Below, piece after piece: positions 62,094 to 64,000 of a stretch of DNA of 64,000 bases. Position 1 is the first letter of the stretch. The number at the start of each line of letters is the position of its first letter. Position numbers and translations under genes: made by a program. Below the pieces are notes generated by a model that saw only the letters and a program-made list of their open reading frames with translations, made no database searches and was not told where the DNA came from. The DNA is taken from positions 21,395,380 to 21,459,379 of the forward strand of contig OZ316891.1 in assembly GCA_973895155.1 (NCBI GenBank), written 5' to 3'. This stretch comes from Marsupella aquatica. Taxonomy: Eukaryota > Plantae > Marchantiophyta.

Positions 62094-64000
62094 TGTTGCA
62101 TGTTCGCCTGTGTTCCCTGGCCGGACCCAAACTTTTCCGAACACCTCCTGGCCTGGTCATGAACTCTCCCGTGTGGGGAGAAATCTTCTCCGGAAAAATA
62201 CTCCAAACATACATGTGCTCAATAGTTACGTGGTTCGCCTCAAGGTTGGCTACGTCCACGGGAAGACCAAATTTTATTAATGGTTATGTGTCTACTCAAG
62301 CATCACCATAGCTCTCATTTCTTCAAGCTCTCATCTCTTGCTATATCACTGTGTTCTCTCTTGAGAACTCTTTTGTGTGTTCTCACACCACATAGAAGTT
62401 GAAGAGATAAGGACCAATCTCTTCAACTAGGGTTTACTCTAACCCTAGTTAACATACTAACCATAGTTCAACCCAAGACTGAGTTAACCTCTACAAACTC
62501 CCCCTTGACTCACGTCTTGGGAGGGTTCATAACATTGTCTTTTCCTTACAAGTTCATCCACGGGAAGCTCAAGACAGTAGGGCCAAAAGACCCTCCCCCT
62601 AATGCAAGGGTTAACTAAAACTAAGCCGTAGCCGATAAGCCATCGGACGGAGTACTCATATAGAGACATTTTCTTGGTTAACTCTATATTTACAATATTT
62701 GTAAATAATTACAATGTCTTGAAAAACTATTGGAGTCTAATACTTTGGTAAAAGCATCCGTTGGATTAAGCTTTCCATCAATCTTGACAAGCTCAAACTC
62801 ATCATCCGATAATGCCTGTCGGATGAAATGATAGCGGACATCAAATGTGCTTTACCCTGCCATCCATCACGTGATTCTTGGCAGTGTAAATTGCACTTTG
62901 ACTGTCACAATGAAGATATACACACTCTTGTGATAAACCCATCTCCGTGATAAGCTTTTTCAATCAAATGGTCTCTGATGCTGCTTCTGCTGCCGCTACA
63001 TATACTCGGCATCCATAGTAGACTTTGCAACACACTTTTGGAGAGTAGACTTCCAACTAATGCATCCACCAGCAAGTGTAAATACATATCCAGTTGTTGA
63101 TCTCCTCTTATCCAGATCACCTGCGTAGTCTGCATCCACATAACCTTGAAGCACTTTCATATTGTTTGAACTTGCATCAAACAATAAACCCTTCTTAGTG
63201 GAACCTCTGATGTAGGGCAAAATCCATTTCACTGCTTCCCAATGAACTTTTCCTGGATTTGCCATGTATCTGCTTACCTTGCTAACGGCATAAGCTATGT
63301 CTGGTCGGGTGCATACCATGAGATACATTAAGCTACCCACAGCACTTTCATAAGGAACTTTGGACATCAAACTTTTTTCTGTTGCATCCAATGGACAAAA
63401 TGCTGCAAAAATATTGAAATGCCTTGCCAAAGGAACATTCACAGCCTTAGCATCTGCCATGTTGAATTTTGAGAGTACCTTCTCCACATATCTTTTCTGC
63501 GTCAGCCAAAGTTTGGCTTTGTTAACATCCCTGACAATCTCCATGCCTAGGATCCTCTTGGTTGTGCCCAAATCCTTCATCTTAAACTCAGAACTGAGTT
63601 GGGCCTTAAGCTTATCAACTTCGCCCCTATCCTGTGCTGCAATGAGCATGTCATCCACATAAAGTACAAGGATGACAAGCTTAAAACTTGTGTTGTTCAC
63701 ACGCCTGATGTAAACACATGGATCGTACACGTTTCGCACAAATCCAAGCGATTTCAAAAATTCATCAAAACGCTTGTTCCACTACCTTGGGCTCTGCTTT
63801 AACCCATACAAGGAGTTTAGCAACCTGCATACCAAATTTTTCTTGCCCTTTTGCACAAAACCCTTTGGTTGCCTCATTATATCACCTCATCCAACGATCC
63901 ATATAAGAATGTTGTGACAACATCCATTTGATCTAAAACCAGATCAAATAAAACTACAAAAGCACATAGCAAACGTATTGTTGAATACTTTGCTACAGGT
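62094..64000 (-). mobile_element. Ty1/copia element continuing beyond the window (RT-RNaseH pseudogene, PPT and 3' LTR ~62094-62495)
   Basis: ORF 62996-63757 has LYVDDML, TRPDIAYAV and YVDADYAGD, with stops and frameshifts around it. PPT GAGTCAAGGGGGAGTT next to 62495. The LTR shares TACGTGGTTC and GGCTACGTCCACGGGA blocks with copia-A. The left LTR boundary is uncertain. Confidence 0.9.

Overview
This is eukaryotic land-plant nuclear DNA, not prokaryotic: it has GT-AG introns, CpG-depleted transposon debris and plant gene families. Four host genes are supported: a small plant-specific 'APDWLPF..GWP' protein gene (+, 8566-~9632), an intronless TPR-SET ATXR1/SDG35-like gene (-, 11679-13433), TPX2 (+, 38877-45971, about 20 coding exons) and a UTR2/UTR4-type nucleotide-sugar transporter (-, 47678-51558). 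Most of 14-36.9 kb and 53-64 kb is transposon-derived. It holds one full-length Ty1/copia element (18790-27479) inside a four-level nest, two partial copia elements, several solo LTRs with target-site duplications (TSDs), two PIF/Harbinger transposase remnants and a MITE. The most interesting observations are: a 2-kb solo LTR inserted exactly between the copia 5' LTR and its primer-binding site (PBS); an inverted, internally duplicated copy of the TPX2 upstream region with an MSA-like element heading a possible spliced unit at 59.6-61.8 kb; catalytic-motif substitutions in the SET domain; a possible natural stop codon at the gag/pol boundary; and an unidentified decayed coding tract at 1-4.6 kb. 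All alignments and exon calls were made by eye and no database searches were run. I found no evidence that firmly establishes a new biological system.
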